From an uncultured Chlamydiae bacterium (GTDB taxonomy: Bacteria > Chlamydiota > Chlamydiia > Chlamydiales > SM23-39): 64,000 nucleotides of DNA. The translations under genes and the position numbers were made by a program. The notes beneath the pieces were generated by a model. The model saw nothing but the letters and a program-made list of their open reading frames with translations. It was not told where the DNA came from and ran no database searches. The DNA is taken from assembly GCA_963730605.1 (NCBI GenBank), contig CAVSSM010000002.1:224001-288000 (forward strand), in the 5' to 3' direction. Positions 61,946 to 64,000 of the stretch are shown piece after piece. The number at the start of each line of letters is the position of its first letter. Position 1 is the first letter of the stretch.

Positions 61946-62637
61946 GCCTTTTTCCACAGCCGTCACCCCCTCCTCTTAATCCTGGGCAAGTCCCCGATGC
62001 CTGGCGGATTTTCCGCATCATGGCCGAATTCGTCGACGGCTTCGAGATGATGGCCTCCCTTGGGCCGGCGGTGGCGATCTTCGGGTCGACAAATCCGAAC
62101 CCCAAAGATGTAAAATACTACCGGCTCGCCGAGGAAATCGCGAAGAAAATCGCTGCCAAGGGCTTTGGGATCATCACAGGCGGCGGTCCCGGAATCATGG
62201 CATGCGCGAACAAGGGCGCGCAAGAAAGCGGGGGAAAGTCGTGCGGCCTCTGCATCAGTCTTCCTGTCGCAGAAAAAGCCAACGCCTATATCGACACCCG
62301 CTACGAAATCAACTTTCGGTATTTCTTTGTGAGAAAGGTGATGTTCGTCCGGTATGCGAAGGCTCTTGTCATCCTGCCGGGAGGTTACGGGACCCTGGAC
62401 GAATTTTTCGAGGCTTTGACGCTGATCCAAACCCAAAAAATCAAGCCCTTTCCCATCTATCTCGTTGGGCAAGACTATTATAAAGGATTATTGGACTGGC
62501 TCCGCTCTACCGTCCTCGCGCAAGGCAATATCGCGAAGGGAGATTTCGATCTGATCCGCCTGACCGACGACCCAGATGAGATTGCAAACGGAATCGAAGA
62601 GCATCTCCGGCATGTCCGCCACCTCGAGAACTTCTAA
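61942..62637 (+). CDS. LOG family protein (TIGR00730-like)
   Basis: TGGGPGIM, FFVRKVMF, PGGYGTLDE. Confidence 0.93.
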   Translation: MSLFPQPSPPPLNPGQVPDAWRIFRIMAEFVDGFEMMASLGPAVAIFGSTNPNPKDVKYYRLAEEIAKKIAAKGFGIITGGGPGIMACANKGAQESGGKSCGLCISLPVAEKANAYIDTRYEINFRYFFVRKVMFVRYAKALVILPGGYGTLDEFFEALTLIQTQKIKPFPIYLVGQDYYKGLLDWLRSTVLAQGNIAKGDFDLIRLTDDPDEIANGIEEHLRHVRHLENF

Positions 62638-62642
62638 GGTGC

Positions 62643-64000
62643 CTAGCGCGCTCGCAGGGCATTTAAAATCACGATGACGTCAATCACCTCTTGCAGAAGG
62701 GCCCCGACCGCAGGGACAATCCGTCCCGCCGCGGCGATGACCATCAAGAGAACGCTTAGGCCCATTCCAAGGATAATGCACTGTTTGGCGATATAGAGCA
62801 TCCTACGGCTGACCCGGATCGCATCTTCGACTTTGGTCGGATCGTCCTCTAAGAGTACGATATCTGCGGCTTCCGCGGAGATGCCGCTGCCATGGGCTCC
62901 CATGGCCATCCCGACCGTCGCGGCGGCCAATGCGGGAGCGTCGTTGATCCCATCGCCGACCATGAGAGTTGGATGGGTTTCTTCGATTTTTTTGATCATC
63001 TCGAGTTTTTGCTCTGGCAAAAGCTGCGATGCGACTATTTTGATGCCCGCCTCCTTTGCGATCGTTTGGGCGTTGCTTTCGATATCGCCGGTGAGCATGA
63101 CCACTTGATCGATGCCAAGTCCGTATAAATGCTCGACCATCTCGGAAATGCCCGGCCGGATCCGGTCGTTTACGACAAAAAAACCAAGAGGGCGGCCTCG
63201 GTCCGCGATGAATACCAGCTGTTTCCCTTCAAGCGTAGTGCGGTCGATGATCCCTTTCCATTTTGCAAGGCAGCCCGCTCCGAGCTCTTCTTCGATAAAG
63301 AGAAAAGAGCCGACCAGGTACTCCTTACCCTCTACCTTTCCTTTAACGCCCCTTCCTGGGATTTCCTTGGGATCTGAGGGCACTGGAAGAGGCTTTGGGA
63401 ATTCGAGCGCCTTATCGACAAACGTCTTAGCCAAAAAATGAAGAGAGCTGTTCGACCGCGGCGGCCTTTTGGAGGAGATCCTCTTCCAACACGTCCTGGA
63501 AGGGGACAGTTTTTTCGATCACCGGGGTTCCGTAAGTGATCGTTCCGGTCTTATCAAAAACGACTGCGCGCGCCTGCCCGACCTGCTCCATTGGAGTGCC
63601 CCCTTTGATGATGATACCCAGCTCAGCAGCCTTATTCATTCCGCTGATGACGGCGAGCGGAGTCGCAAGAATCAGGGGACAAGGAGTCGCGACGACAAAG
63701 ACGGATAAGATCGCGGTCGGATCGCCCGTATAAAAATATCCTATGGCCGCAAATGCCAATGTCATAGGGGTAAAGACGACCGCATAGCGGTCAGCCAAGC
63801 GCTGGATCGGGGCTTTTTCCATGTGCGCTTTCTTGACAAGGTCGATGATTTTCGCGTACTGGCTCTCTTTGCTGAGTTTATCGGCTCTCATCTCGAAAGA
63901 GCCGTTGACATCGATGCTGCCGCTATAGACTCCATCTCCTGGCCCTTTTCCGCGAGCCAGCGGCTCTCCGGTCAGGGCCGATTCGTCGATTTCACAAGTT
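62643..64000 (-). CDS. Heavy-metal P1B-type ATPase (partial, frameshift near 63432)
   Basis: LTGE, TPCPL, DKTGT, MVGDGINDAPALA; starts beyond the right edge. Confidence 0.9.

Overview
This window is most likely from an environmental Chlamydiota genome. That call rests on a Lpg1974/MOMP-like porin, F-box/LRR, ankyrin and Pro-rich effector-like genes, and a ttcA-putP-surE-tRNA-Val/Asp-yitT-LOG neighbourhood. Positions 1-43.5 kb and 56.3-64 kb hold mostly housekeeping, transport and effector genes. Positions ~43.5-56.3 kb are an accessory region anchored on tRNA-Tyr. Three extra copies of the tRNA-Tyr 3' half (45874, 49412, 51016) split it into tandem cassettes: Phd-VapC plus IS66; Fic alone; and RelE/XRE plus IS630, an unknown ORF and the only tyrosine integrase. 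The cassette ends share IHF-like and arm-like motifs at similar spacing, and one junction carries three tandem 184-bp structured tRNA-linked repeats. A second theme is at least nine palindromic MITE-like elements that share internal hairpin modules across different terminal repeats. Several sit at TA sites inside gene ends, one as an 84-codon in-frame insertion in a lipoprotein signal peptide. A long leader with a Ser/Thr/Gly-rich uORF precedes one brnQ paralogue. Frameshifts in surE, yitT and a P-type ATPase near the right end may be assembly indels. All calls come from reading the sequence; no searches were run.
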